In this document: piece by piece, positions 24,165 to 36,539 of the stretch
How the letters are laid out: each line of letters begins with the position of its first letter
How positions within the stretch are numbered: the first letter of the stretch is position 1
Source: Camelus dromedarius
Lineage: Eukaryota
Assembly: GCF_036321535.1 (NCBI RefSeq)
Contig: NC_087439.1
Location: forward strand, 30,380,001-30,444,000
DNA length: 64,000 nucleotides
Reading direction: 5' to 3'
Notes under the pieces: model-generated
What the model saw: only the letters and a program-made list of their open reading frames with translations
What the model was told of the DNA's origin: nothing
Database searches by the model: none
Made by a program: the position numbers and the translations under genes

Positions 24165-24379
24165 TAGGGTTTCTCAACATCCCCTCTATTGACAATTTGG
24201 GCCAGATAATTCTTTGTTGAGGGGGCTGTCTTGGGTGTTGTGCAGTGTTTAGCAGCATCCTGACCTCTACCCACTAGATACAAGTAGTCCCCTACCCCCA
24301 GTTGTGACAACCAAAAATGTCTTGCGACTTTGTCAAATAATCTGTGAAGGGCAAAACTGCCCCCAGTTGAGAATTACTG
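24165..24379. mobile_element. MER20 hAT-Charlie element
   Basis: tagggtttctcaac...ttgggccagataattctttgttgagggggctgtc...tagcagcatcc...gttgtgacaaccaaaaatgtc...gcccccagttgagaattactg. Confidence 0.9.
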
Positions 24380-24863
24380 AACTAAAGGATTGTAAGTGGA
24401 AGCATCTGTTCTGCTTCTAGGTAGAGTCATTAAATGGTTCATTCTTTGCTCCTTCCTCTTTCCTGCTGGGATGGCTGGAGCTCAACCCACTATTTTGGAC
24501 AAAGATGAGGAATGGCACTGTTAAAAGACAGAGGGCAATAAGATGGGAGGGGAGAGGTTCCTTCCTTATGATCTGTGGAGCCATCCTACAGCCATGTGTC
24601 TGCCCATCTCTTGGCATTTTGCATAAGCACAACATAAACTTCTATCTCCTTTATGTCACTGCTACTTTGGGTTCTTTAATGGAGATACAATTTCCCCACT
24701 ACATCTTCAATCACTTTCTGTAACACAGTAACTTAAAGAGGGAAATATTTATGTTCACAATTCAGAAGCAATTGACTTGTCACCAAGGAATCCACACTTA
24801 AAGCTGCCACCTCTCTCACAAAAGTTTCTTGATGAGCTAACTTTGAGGCACACAGATGTCAAT

Positions 24864-25041
24864 CAGTGGTTCTCAAATTTGGCTACACATTAGAGTCATC
24901 TGGAGAACTTAAAAAAATCCTAAAGCTCAGACTGCACCCCAGAAAACTTCCATCAGAACTTTACAGAGCAGCACCCAGGTATCAGTATTTTGTAAAACTC
25001 CACAGGTAATTCCAACGTGCAGCCAAGTTTAAGAACCACTC
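24864..25041. mobile_element. MER5B-type hAT-Charlie element
   Basis: cagtggttctcaaatttggctacacattagagtcatctggagaactt...caggtaattccaacgtgcagccaagtttaagaaccact; about 178 bp. Confidence 0.85.
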
Positions 25042-25329
25042 ATATTGAGCATTTTTCTTCATGTTTTGATTGTAATTAATTAATCTTGGTTGCTCTTATT
25101 TGCTTTGGAAAGATAAGGCATGTGTTATGCTTTGCACCAGAGACATTCTTTTGCAAAGTATTGTTTCCACTTCTGGATTGTCTCACATTTGAGGTGCACA
25201 TGGTGAGAGTGAGTCACATACCATTTTGTACCAGTCAGCAAAATCTGCCTGGAGAAATATTTTGATATTTTATATTGTTGAAGATAACTGAGCTCATTCA
25301 AGGTAGGCTCATGCTTTCATTATTCTCTC

Positions 25330-25330
<1 letters not shown>

Positions 25331-25370
<40 letters not shown>
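25331..25370. repeat. (AC)20 perfect microsatellite
   Basis: Read directly from the sequence. Confidence 0.97.
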
Positions 25371-25372
<2 letters not shown>

Positions 25373-25449
25373 CTTTAATGTAATCAGTAAAGCCAGATGA
25401 GTTGGGAGAAGCTAGTTTTGCTCTGACAATTAAAAACTAAATGCACAGA

Positions 25450-25528
25450 TATATGTATGTACATGTATGACTGAAACATTATGCTGAACACCTGAGAGTG
25501 ACACAACACTGTAAACTGACTACACTTC

Positions 25529-25565
<37 letters not shown>

Positions 25566-25582
25566 TAATAATAATAATAAAA
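25450..25582 (+). mobile_element. Short L1 3' tip with a (TAA)n tail
   Basis: tgtatgactgaaacattatgctgaacacctgagagtgacacaacactgtaaactgactacacttcaat followed by about 17 TAA units. Confidence 0.85.
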
Positions 25583-26109
25583 CATCTGAATGCAGACAGT
25601 ATGAAAATAAAGTGAAGTCCTCTATAGGTGGGTGTGGGGCTGCTATTGGGTTTAGATGTATCTTGAAACCAAACTACATTCTTTTAAATTTATCCCAGAG
25701 GAATAAGCAAAACAACTCAAAATGGGGGTCCAGGATCAGCCATGGTGCAGTCTTGGAATAAGAAGAATCTTTAATACCATCAACCACCTGTGTATCCCAA
25801 CGAAGACCACCCCAATCAGGTGGGCAAAGGAAAATGGCACCATTACTTCCCGTTTGTCCACTATCTTAAATGAATTAGCTTTATTTCTTTTCAGTGTTTA
25901 TAGTTAAAGCATTCTTAATTAAGTCACAATATGTGAGTGATCTGGGAAGAATCACAGTAGACTCTCATCACGGAAACCATTCTCCAGTAATAGGATTTCT
26001 CTTAATGCTAAGGGAGGTGAAAAGGGGGAAGAAGGAAGAAAAGGGAACAAAAATACACTGCATTCCTACTATAAGCCAGGCATTGTCGTAAGCGATTTAC
26101 TTGTGTTAT

Positions 26110-26320
26110 CTTTAAAAACCAATTTCAAAGCAGTATTCACAAATCAAGATGATTATAAGAGTCACAGCAAGTTGGAGATGAAATAAACCTGAAAGACTAT
26201 CTACAGGTGAGAAAACTGATGATTTGCCCAGGCTCATTCTGACTGAGACAAAACTGGGTCCAGAATGATGATTTTCTAGTCCAAGTTGGGAGTTCTCATT
26301 TCCTGCCTCTCTCTGCCACC
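26110..26320 (-). mobile_element. MIR fragment
   Basis: tacaggtgagaaaactgatgatttgcccaggctca. Confidence 0.5.
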
Positions 26321-26709
26321 CAGACCCACCCATCCCCACTCACTCACCATTCACAGAATCTAGTGTGCAGGGGCTTTTCCTCTTCACCGAGAACAGAATA
26401 AAGGATTTAGGTAAGTCACAAGATAATTTCCTGGTGCCAGAATCTGCTTGTCGTAAGAGGACGTAGTGGAATATCCTTTCCTAGATCTCTTTTAAGATAG
26501 AATTAATTGTCATCCACTCGTGAGAGTGAAGCACAGCCGACCTGCCTAAAGGTGGAGTGGATATTCTAGTGGGACAATTCCATTAAATGTCTGTCTGCAG
26601 CATCTATAACGCATATGGAAAATGCCAAGAGTTCTGCCTGAGCTCTACTTTTCACCACCTGCCTGGCACTGGTCAAGGATGGCCTCCTCATCATAGTTTA
26701 TCAAAAACC

Positions 26710-26930
26710 AATAACAATAATAGCTAATATTCATGTCACACTTACTATGGGCTAGCACTGTCCATGGCACTTTGCATGTTCTTTTTATTATTCCCATTTT
26801 ATAAAGGAAGAGGTTTAAGTTACATGCTTAAGGTTATGCAATGCGGCCAGCAAGTAGTGGAAGCAGGATTCAAACTTTAAACTCTTGTATCAGTTTCTAC
26901 AGTTCTGACTTGAAACTGTTCTGCAATTCT
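26710..26930 (-). mobile_element. MIR SINE
   Basis: aataatagctaatatt...cacttactatgggctagcactgt...attattcccattttataaaggaagag...gcaggattcaaac. Confidence 0.7.
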
Positions 26931-27699
26931 GTCTCCTATTGTGAACTCTGGGTCATAAATACCATGATAGTATTTACCAGCATTAATGTGGTTCTAAAAA
27001 AGACAATGTGCCCCAAAGTTTATATTTTAAGTTCTACTGAGGTAATCAAAGCATCAGATCAGTTCCAAAATCACAGTAAGCACTTTTTAGAAATATCCTA
27101 TCAAAAATGAAATAGATAGAGGTGGCCGAGGTTTGCACTCCCATGCAAGGGTGTGGGGAGTGGAGGCTGCCTTTGCCCATCAGGTGGTCAGCACCAGGGG
27201 CAGGACAATCATACAGGGTTCAAAGCATGTTTTGTTTTGGCAGTTGGCTTGGTGGGAATATCAGAAGTTAGCCTTTAGGAGGGGCAAAAACTAGAGGGGA
27301 ACAAAACTTACAGAGATTGGAAAAAGGTTTCTTGAATATCATATCCATACATTTCTAGGTAGTCTCAGTCTAGGTCCCCATTTTCCCAGCTCATAGAGAA
27401 CTGGGACCTATTGGTAACTGACAAGTCCAAAGTAAGCAAATGACAGAAATTTATAGCTAATATAAAGCGTTTCCCTCAACACCTGCTACTTGTTGGGAGG
27501 ATTGGGAAATGCAAGGAGCGGAGGTGCACAGACTTAGCACCAGATGGTGGGTTGGACAACACAGCCTCAAAGCTCCCTTTCAGCCCAGAGTCCTATAAGC
27601 CTAAAGTTAATGGAGACTTAAGGTAATATTGCTAGCAATTCTGGGCATAACACAGCAAAAAACAAATAAACAAAAAAACCCCAAAACAACACCAAGATA

Positions 27700-28295
27700 T
27701 TTTTAAAAAATTGAAGTATAGTTGATTTACAATATTGTGTTAGTTTCAGGTGTACAGCAAAGTGATTCAGTTGTACATATATGTGTGTGTATATGTGTGT
27801 ATATATGTGTGTGTATGTATTTTTTTTCTTTCTCAGGTTCATTTCCATTATAGGTTATTATAAGATATTGAATATAGTTCCCTGTGCTATACAGTAGATA
27901 CTTGATATTTATTTATTTTATATATAGTAGTTAGTATTTATCTGTTAATCCCAAATTACAAATTCTTCCCTTCCCCCAACTTTCCCCTTCAGTAACCATA
28001 GTTTGTTTTCTATGTCTGTGCATAGAAAACCATATTAATGCAAATANNNNNNNNNNNNNNNNNNNNNNNNNNNNNNNNNNNNNNNNNNNNNNNNNNNNNN
28101 NNNNNNNNNNNNNNNNNNNNNNNNNNNNNNNNNNNNNNNNNNNNNNNNNNNNNNNNNNNNNNNNNNNNNNNNNNNNNNNNNNNNNNNNNGGTGCATATAT
28201 TTTTTTGAATTAGAGTTTTCATCTTTTCCAGATATGTGCCCAGGAGTGGGGTTGCTGGATCATATGGTAACTCTATTTTCAGTTTTTTAAGGAAA
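27700..28295 (-). mobile_element. 5'-truncated artiodactyl-type L1 3' end spanning an assembly gap
   Basis: ttgaagtatagttgatttacaatattgtgttagtttcaggtgtacagcaaagtgattcag... and cccaggagtggggttgctggatcatatggtaactctatttt. Degenerate TSD caagatattttt / caagacactttt. Confidence 0.9.
28047..28189. other. Assembly gap (143 N)
   Basis: Run of N. Confidence 0.99.
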
Positions 28296-30127
28296 CAAGA
28301 CACTTTTATATGCAACACCTTGGAAATGTAGAGGGTATGCTTCTGTGAGCCTAGTGGCCATCTGAGCTAACAATGAAATGATGGAAAGCTAAAGCCCTTC
28401 GGTACTGTTTTCCTGAGCTTACTGCCTACTGATTTAAACACATGTTCCCAAAGTGCTAAATGAAATCCTATTCCCAAATTATGAAACTAAATATTTTCCT
28501 TAGACATATCTCACATTTCTCTGTATGCTAGGGAAATTTCCCATGACCCTTGGAGTCACCTCCATTTTTTTGTTCCCATACACACTTCTTCTGGGACGTA
28601 AGACAATCCAGTTGAAGGCTAACGTGTAAGTATCCGATGGCATGTCCAACAAAGCTGTTATTTTATCAGGAAGAAGTGAAATCTTATTTCAGAAACTGAA
28701 GCTTCTCAGGAATGAAGTAAATGGTTTGGTAGACATGCCCGGAAGCCTATCAGAAAATTACGAGTATTGTTTAGTTAGGAGATAGGAATTAACTAATGGT
28801 TCTAAAATGCCTGAGTTTTAGATCAAGAATTTCAGCAACTTGATGCATTCAAGATGGAGAACCCAATTAAAAGCAAAACAAAACAAAATGCTACCCTCAC
28901 AGCTTTTTCTCTGTTAGAACAAGGAATGGGTTTAAGCTATTACATTAACAGAGATTTGAAGATATACCTGGGAAGAAGATTGCATTTCAAGCAGCTGACA
29001 CCTCAAAAGAGGTTAAATTTGGTTTAATTGTTGATTGCTTTTCAGAGTCAGAGACAGAAAATGAATTAGAGTCAATGCTCAGTAGATGTAATTGTTATTA
29101 AGTCACATTTGAAATCTCATTTAATTCACCAAGTGGCTGATAGAAAGAACAGTCTAATTTTTCAAATCAAGTGAAATTTATCATTAAATTCACTGATAAA
29201 TGTTTAGATCTAAATGAACCACAGGCACAAATGGCAAAATCAATTTAAAATCCACAAAGATACACAGTAATTATTAAAGCGAGTGACAATGGTAAATATT
29301 TCAGTGACATAACTGCAAAGGGTTATTTTGCTGAGTACATTCAGTTCAAGCTGTCCAATCACTCAAGTCATCCCATCTTCTCAAAGTACCTGGCATCTGT
29401 TTTTTCTTTTCATTTATTTACTTACTTTCTTCTTTGTCTTAAGGGGAAAAAAAAAAGGATTTGTTTCATTTCTAGGCTAAAGCAAAGAAACCAGACTGAG
29501 AGAAACAATAATTAAAACAACTTATTTAGGCTAGGTGGTGGGGGGTGTTGTTGACTAGGGGATAGAAAACATTTTAAAATATGATTCCGTATGTTTTCAT
29601 CCTTCTTATTAGACTTTTATTTTCACCTAACATGTTGGCTGACAAAACTATTTGTCTTCAAGACTTTCCAAATATCCTCAACCAAATTTCTGAAATTAGT
29701 CTAATGTTTTCTGTGCTGGGTTTTACTACTCCAATATAGTTCATCTTTGCCTTGTTATTTCTGCAGTTATTGCCCTGAGTATTTGCCATGATAGGACAAC
29801 AAAGAATACATAAAATTTCTGAATATTTCTACACCAAATTTTCTATTTAATTTGTGTGCGGTTAGGGGTGGGCAAAACATGTACACAATTCCTATTTTTA
29901 AAACTTTTGGTCTTGAGAATATTCTGTAGTTTTAAATTTTATTTTGTATAGTGAAATGATACGTATTTGATGTTTTCTGTAGCATATTAGATTCTGTATT
30001 ATGAGATGATCATGGAGTTTTTGAATATTGCTTTTTGAAATACTGACCTATGGGAACTGTGAGGGCCACATTATTTCCTCAAGTGTATAGAATGTTCTAT
30101 TTTTGTACCATTTCATTCCAGTACTAA

Positions 30128-30335
30128 CTATTGCTACATATGCCGGAGATCTTCCATTTTCACCTACAGAGCCACGCACCACCCTTTCCCCTGCTGCTCT
30201 CTGCCCCTGACAGAGGCTGGTCCATATGGACTGCATCAGTGGGCTCCCATGCCCTCCGTCTTCCTGTTAGGTTTGACTGCTGGCAGGAGATCAGAAGGCA
30301 AGAAAAAAAGCAAAGTTGAGGTGTTTATTCCCTCT
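30128..30335 (+). mobile_element. LTR33-like ERVL LTR fragment
   Basis: ttgctacatatgccggagatcttcc...ctctctgcccctgacagaggctggtccatatggactgcatcagtgggctcccatgccctc...ggcaggagatcagaagg. Confidence 0.65.
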
Positions 30336-31339
30336 TGGATGTTCTATTCATTTTTGTCAGGACCTGGACTGATAATCAGACAGAGTGTATTTTCATTTGT
30401 TTGAATATTTTTTAACACATGATGAATAATGTTTATTCTATGCTGTGTTCTCTGAAGGATTTGGCATACTTTAAAAATAATGCATCAAATATATAAGGTA
30501 AAAGGAAATTAGTATTGGTAAGAAGAGATGAGGCAAAGGGAAAATAAGGAGCAAAGAATGAACTGAAATCAGTAGCTGTGTTAGCACATGAAATGAAACC
30601 CAAGAAATCCTCTGCATTTGCTAAACTCATCTTTGAACTTACCAGCAGACAAAGAAAAAGAGAAAAGTTTTTAAAAAACTTTACAGAAGTACAACATTCT
30701 TCATACTCAGAACAGAGATATTTCCATTAAGATAAAGAGGAAACTGTAATGCAATAAATGACATCTTAAACCACATTCTTAGTGACCCACTGAATCATAT
30801 GAAAATATTTTCCTATGATGCTTTATTCCCCCAAAACATCAAAATATTACTGTCTGACCTCTATGGTTTTTGCTAAGGGGAATCTGTATATAGTCTACTA
30901 ACAAAGTCATGTATTCAATTTTGTGGGGCAGGGGGCAGGGGTAGATGGTTAGGGAAGCTAACTTTTAATGAGATTTAACTTTTAATGAGCTATAATGATG
31001 AGTAAGTTTGGAGTAATGTGATATATGCCTACTTTCTGTTGAAAGGATTAAAAAATACATTGGCCACCATCCAAATGGTCAGGCACCAAGATGAACAAGG
31101 CTAGGTTGAAGATACATTGCATGAAAAAATTTAATCAACCAGTACTGAAATGATCACAGGTGGGCAGAATTGTGGTATGGAAATGGCATATAGATTATAC
31201 ATTAAGAAATCTTAAAAATAGTTTTTCTTTAAAAAAAAACCTTGAAATTATTACCACAGCCCATTAGTGGCACTAATCTAGACAGACGTTAATATTCCTA
31301 GAATATAAACCTGTACTCACCATCATCAAAATAGATCCA

Positions 31340-31560
31340 TATGGTGCTCCCCAATGTTAAGAGTATTATAATACACACTAACTGGTTTAATCCTAGCACA
31401 ATTTGGTAAGACAGACATGGTTGTCCTTATTTTATACGTTAGAAGAATAAGGTGCAGAAAGGTGAGGTGATTTGCCCAAAGTATTAGAGATGGTATACAG
31501 AGGAGCTCAGAGTAGAATCCAGGAGGTTTGTCAACTTTGATCTAGAGTGTTCACCTTATC
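31340..31560 (-). mobile_element. MIR SINE
   Basis: gtccttattttatacgttagaagaataaggtgcagaaaggtgaggtgatttgcccaaag. Confidence 0.7.
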
Positions 31561-31974
31561 ATGGTCTATGGCTCAACGCCTAAGGAAACTAGGGGGGGAA
31601 AATCTGTGTGAAAAAACAATGCCACACTCACATGTTAAAAGAAAAGCTCTGAGTGTACAAATTCCAGAGATCAAAATTTACAAAGAATTTTAGAAACCAT
31701 TTAGTCTAGCCCCATGTTTTTCTACTGAACAAACCCCAAATGGTTGAGACTCAAAATGGCTTCATCTTTGTTCCATTCCACTGATTTGTAACACTTGTTT
31801 CAAAAGAGTACTAAGTCAAGTGAAAGAATCTCTCAATTAAATATATATAAAACTTTGAACAATTAAGCTAGCAATTTTGAATATAACTTTTCAATCAGTG
31901 TTTTTTGAATTAAAAGCAATCACATTTATTCCTCTACTGGATCCCAAGCTCAAGTGGCAATATTGCCTCAAATC

Positions 31975-32320
31975 ACAGATCCCAAACTGCCTTGAGGTGC
32001 CCCAGGTCACACAGTTACATGAGGTATTTTAAATTCTGGAGGGAAACACAGTGATAACTGACATCTGTTGACACCATGAGAACTGCTAGATCGAGGTGGT
32101 TCACAGTTTAAGCATTAGATCACGCCACATTTCTTTCAACAATAGCTATTATCATAAAGCCGAGTTTTTGGCAGTTGCTATAATAAAAAGGAAATATGGT
32201 GCCATAAGCAACGTGAATCAGAAATGAGGGAAGTGACGTCCAAACTGATTCCAGGATTTAAGATGTGCAGTGCCCAACAGGTGCACACATCACAGTAACA
32301 AGTAATTGCGGCTGTGTAAG
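31975..32320. mobile_element. hAT-Charlie-type DNA transposon fragment (subfamily unresolved)
   Basis: cccaaactgccttgaggtgcccc...gagggaaacacagtga...ttcacagtttaagcattagatcacgccacatt...aaatgagggaagtgacgtccaaactgattccagg...tgtgcagtgcccaacagg. Confidence 0.6.
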
Positions 32321-33299
32321 AACGAACTAAAATGGCTTTTCTTTCACTGTATTTGCATTCTTTTAAAAAATGGCTAGTAGGTTGTTGGGACATAAAATTA
32401 AGCTGCTTTGATTCAACTACTGGATAAATGAAACCATTAGATTTTTCTTGTGGCCTTGGGACAACGTTAAAGAAAATCTGAGATACTAAGGGAGAGAGAA
32501 CTTTCCTCCCTCATAACTTTTTCCCCCTGCTTCATATGAGAGGAAGCAGGCCAGAAATTTCTGGAGAAATTTCAACTAGTGTTGAGTGTTCTCTTAGTCA
32601 CAATTCCAGAAAACGTAAGGAACTTCATGTCCCACACGTACTATCAGGAGTGTTTTACGTGCCCCTTTTGCTTCATAAACAGCTGAAATAACTCTAGACC
32701 CTGTAGCTGGAATGGCAGAGTGTCTGTACTGATCATTCCTTGGAGGAAATGAACTTTTAAACAGTTACTTATTCCTACAATCAAAAGTTAACTCAAGCCT
32801 TCTTCTTTTTGGATCTTTAAAGCTTTCACAGCTATATTTTGGAGATGTCACACCTCTTTACGTGTTTCGTCTGATTTCCCCATGTAATTATTAGTTTCTA
32901 AAGGAGAGGTATTTTTAATTTTCCTTAAAATTTTTTTCCCCTAACAATTACTGTGTATCTATTCTTTACCCTGAAAGCGACATAACGGCTTCTGGGCAAC
33001 AAAAATTCCTGCCTCAAATATCACATAGAGGAAGAAACGATATATTCTGTCCAGGAATATGTAAATTAATTACAGCAGTTCATATTATAAATCATGGTTT
33101 TAGAGGTCATCCCATGACATCCTAAAACATAATAAAATGGTAAGCAAAAAGCAGAATACAAAATTGCGCATCAGCATGACCCTAGTTTTACAAAAATAGA
33201 AATTAAATATATTTGTATATGCATAGGAAGGTGTTTGAAAGGAAATGCAGTGAATATTTTGAATTATATCTGGTTATGGATATTTATGGACTTTTTAAA

Positions 33300-33790
33300 T
33301 ATTTTGGTTTGGATGTAATTATTTTGACTGCAGGAAACAAAATCTACTGCCAATGTGGCTCCAGTAATACTATTTAATCATCACAGGTGTCTAGAGAGGC
33401 ATGATGCGAGTGGCTGGTTGAGTGGCTCCACAACACACGCACTCAGATCAACATTCTAGAGTCCCGTGGCCTGCCTCTCGTAGAGCAAGGGGCTGCCAGC
33501 AGCCCTAGTGTCATGTCCTCACGTGATGATGTTCAGAGTAGGAGGGGGAGCAACAGGCAGTCCCTCTCATGCCACCCTCTCTTTTCATCAGGGAAGGAAA
33601 TAGTTCCCAAAAGCCTCTCAGCTCTTAGATCACACTGACTCAACCTGGGTCACGTGTCCTTCTTTGGACATAATATTACCACAAGCGGCATGGAGCAATC
33701 ATGGTTTGTCCTTGGGAGCTGGGCACATAGGCCCTGGGGAAAAATCAAGGCTATGTACCAAGGATGAGAACTGCTGTAGGATAGGCAGTT
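33300..33790 (-). mobile_element. Old MaLR LTR (MLT1J/K/L-like)
   Basis: gcaaggggctgccagcagccc...ttttcatcagggaaggaaat...cctgggtcacgtgtcc...gggcacat...gataggcagttgaca. Confidence 0.65.
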
Positions 33791-34040
33791 GACAGGAGAC
33801 CATTCACTGTCTAGTACATTTCCCAATTAGCCTATGGTGGTCAAGTGATTTACCCAAAATCAGAATATAAATACTATAAAATAAACAGAAAGGCAACAAA
33901 TAACAATCTCATTTCTAAAATGACCCGGTTTAGGTTAAGAAAAACAGGAAGTAGGAACATGTGAACATGTTTCATCCGTCTACAGGCACATCTGGCAGAC
34001 TGGAAGTGGAAAATCCTGCCATTCCATGTGGGGCACTTAC

Positions 34041-34111
34041 CTAATATCTACGATCAAATTCCTTCTTATAAATAACTGCAACAGCTTGAACATCTCATGA
34101 GTTAACAAAAG
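34041..34111 (-). other. Candidate exon (71 nt)
   Basis: Acceptor atttcttgtttttggactag| and donor TAG|gtaagt. One open frame, LLLTHEMFKLLQLFIRRNLIVDIx. Confidence 0.2.
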
Positions 34112-34860
34112 CTAGTCCAAAAACAAGAAATATTCTCAAAAATTCTGAAGGAAAGTGTTGCCTTCCAAATACTAACATGTCAGGAAAAAGGTCTCTCAGG
34201 CCTACTAGACCGTGAGATATTAGCTCACTGGGCTGCCACAGCCAAAAAGACTAGCCAACTGTTGGGTATCATCAGAAAACACTGAACATTTCCTGTAAAA
34301 TGACTTAGTGCCTTGGAATAGAATAGTGTATGGGCTTTACAAATGTGTACTGGATTCAGAGGTAATTGACAAAGAAGAGGTGGGATAATTAATAGGGTGT
34401 CAAAATAGTTTAGAAATCTATTTCTACATAAAATTCTGGACCAGAAGGATGACTAAATCAAATTCCAGGACTCTAGAATAATAAGGCAGCCTTGAACTGG
34501 CCGTGACTCACAACTTTTTAAGTACTCACTGTGAGGCTGGCTTTCTTGATGGCCACCATGACCAGAGAGGGAGCCAGTCCCAGAGATGCAGCTAAACTGT
34601 CAGATGATTCTCAAAAGCAAGGTGGAAGTGAGGGCAGACCACACTCAATGATGAAAAAGCACCTAAGGCAGGTATTGTTGCGAAAGGAGAATTCCAAAAT
34701 GGAATGAGACTGTAAATTTAAAAATTGGAAAAGACAAAATTATGTAGTGGGAAGAAATCATAGGATGGTATGAAAGTTTGACGACATTACTTTTCTAGTT
34801 CGTTGCTTTTGTTAATGCATAGGTTCCTGGCTTCCCTCTTGAGCATCAAAGGCACCTCCC

Positions 34861-34889
34861 AGCAGTATCTGTACCACCAGAGGGAGGAC
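34861..34889 (+). promoter_or_regulatory. Candidate CTCF site with upstream module
   Basis: Core CCACCAGAGGGAG (34874-34886) with AGCAG 8 nt upstream. Confidence 0.4.
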
Positions 34890-36539
34890 ACAGATACCTT
34901 TATGAATGGGTGATACACCACTGCGGGTGGTTTCAATCATATTATTCATTTTAGTTATTGTAATTTTAAAACAACCTTTCTTGGTGTCTCTATTATTTGT
35001 TAATCTAACAAGTAATTATTGAAAGTCTATACTGTTTCAGAACCTATGCTAGTATAATAATAAATCAAAGTTCCTGCTCATGGGCAGAATCAGGGAAGGA
35101 TGGATCCAATTGGGCCCAGTGTGGCATTTGCTCTGTCTTTAAGTTTTCATGTGGCAAATGTCCCCCAAATAAATAGGGTCTTATTAGAATTCTGCTCTAG
35201 CTTCTTCATAACCAGAGCTAAAAGGGCATTAAATGTTTACCTCTACTCTTCCTAGAAGCTCTGTTATTCAGATAGTACTTTACTGAGAATTCTCTCTGAA
35301 CAAAGCAAACCCTGCTTGGTTTGTGGAGGTGCAGATGAAAAAGGAAGAACATGTTTCTATCCTGTAGACACTTACTATCTGATGGGAAAGTGCAAGCTCA
35401 TCGTGCAATTAAAGAGGGCTCGGAAGCATGCCAAGTTACCCAAATACCTCATTTTACTAAAATTAGCAGTAGTGATAGCCAGCATGTGTACACATAAACA
35501 TTTGATTTCTTAAGAAGTTCATCACCTAAGTCCATGTGCTTGGGTTTGTCTAAAATATAAACTAGAGCAAAGTACCTGCTTTGTAAATGTCTCAGGAAAA
35601 TATGCAGAACAGAATAAATTGGTTTATAAACTAGGCATTTGTGTACTTACTCTCATGTAAAACCTTAGCCAGAGTTAATCATTTTATTCTATTTGAACAT
35701 TGAAGCGTTAAAGCAAAAAAATTAATGGCATGTGAATGATAAGACTTCATGACTTGAGGTTATTGCCAAATTGTCCCAACAGATGTTAGTAAGTTTTAAT
35801 AATGTTGGAGATTTTGGTAATTATTTATTTGGCTGATTGGAGGTTGTGTATGGTAACATTAAACTGATAATATTAATTATATACTTTAATTATTTCTAGG
35901 CTCTTGTAGCTTTTGTTGTTACCTGAAACACCATGAAAATTCAAGATAATAATTAAATGTGAGCTTTATTATGCTCCCCAGGGCAGGAAGCTTGTGCAGG
36001 GTGTGCTTACAAATGATAATAACAATTAATAGTGCAAATAATGAATTAAGTTAAAAATCAGTTAAACTCCCAATGATTGTTTTTTTTTTTAAATCCTCAA
36101 TATAAAAAATTATAAAAATAAGCCCTAATCATTGGGTTAATTAGCCACCACTCTGATTAAAAATGGCAAGGAATTAGAGATATAAGGAATAAGAAAAAAT
36201 AATGAGCAAGCTAATAAATATTTTGCCAAATCAAATCTGAGATGCAAACTATCTCATGTAGCTATATAATTGTGGCTGGGTTACAGGGAAATATTCAAAG
36301 CTTGGGGCTAGTGCAGTTAGATAAAATGATTTCACCCACACATTTCACTATGACAGTTTTAAACACACAGGAAATGTTCAAATATATAGAAAATTTGAAA
36401 GACTTGTATACCAAACACTTACATACCCACTACCTACATTTTATCAAATAATATAATTTTATACCTGAAAGAAGCATGGGGAAACATTAGAGAAAAGATG
36501 AGAAATCACTCAGGATGTCAGTTAAAAAAGTTAACACAA

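Noticed and set aside
33880-34500. Possible CR1/L3 remnant
   Set aside because: The similarity to the recalled consensus is too weak to support a call.
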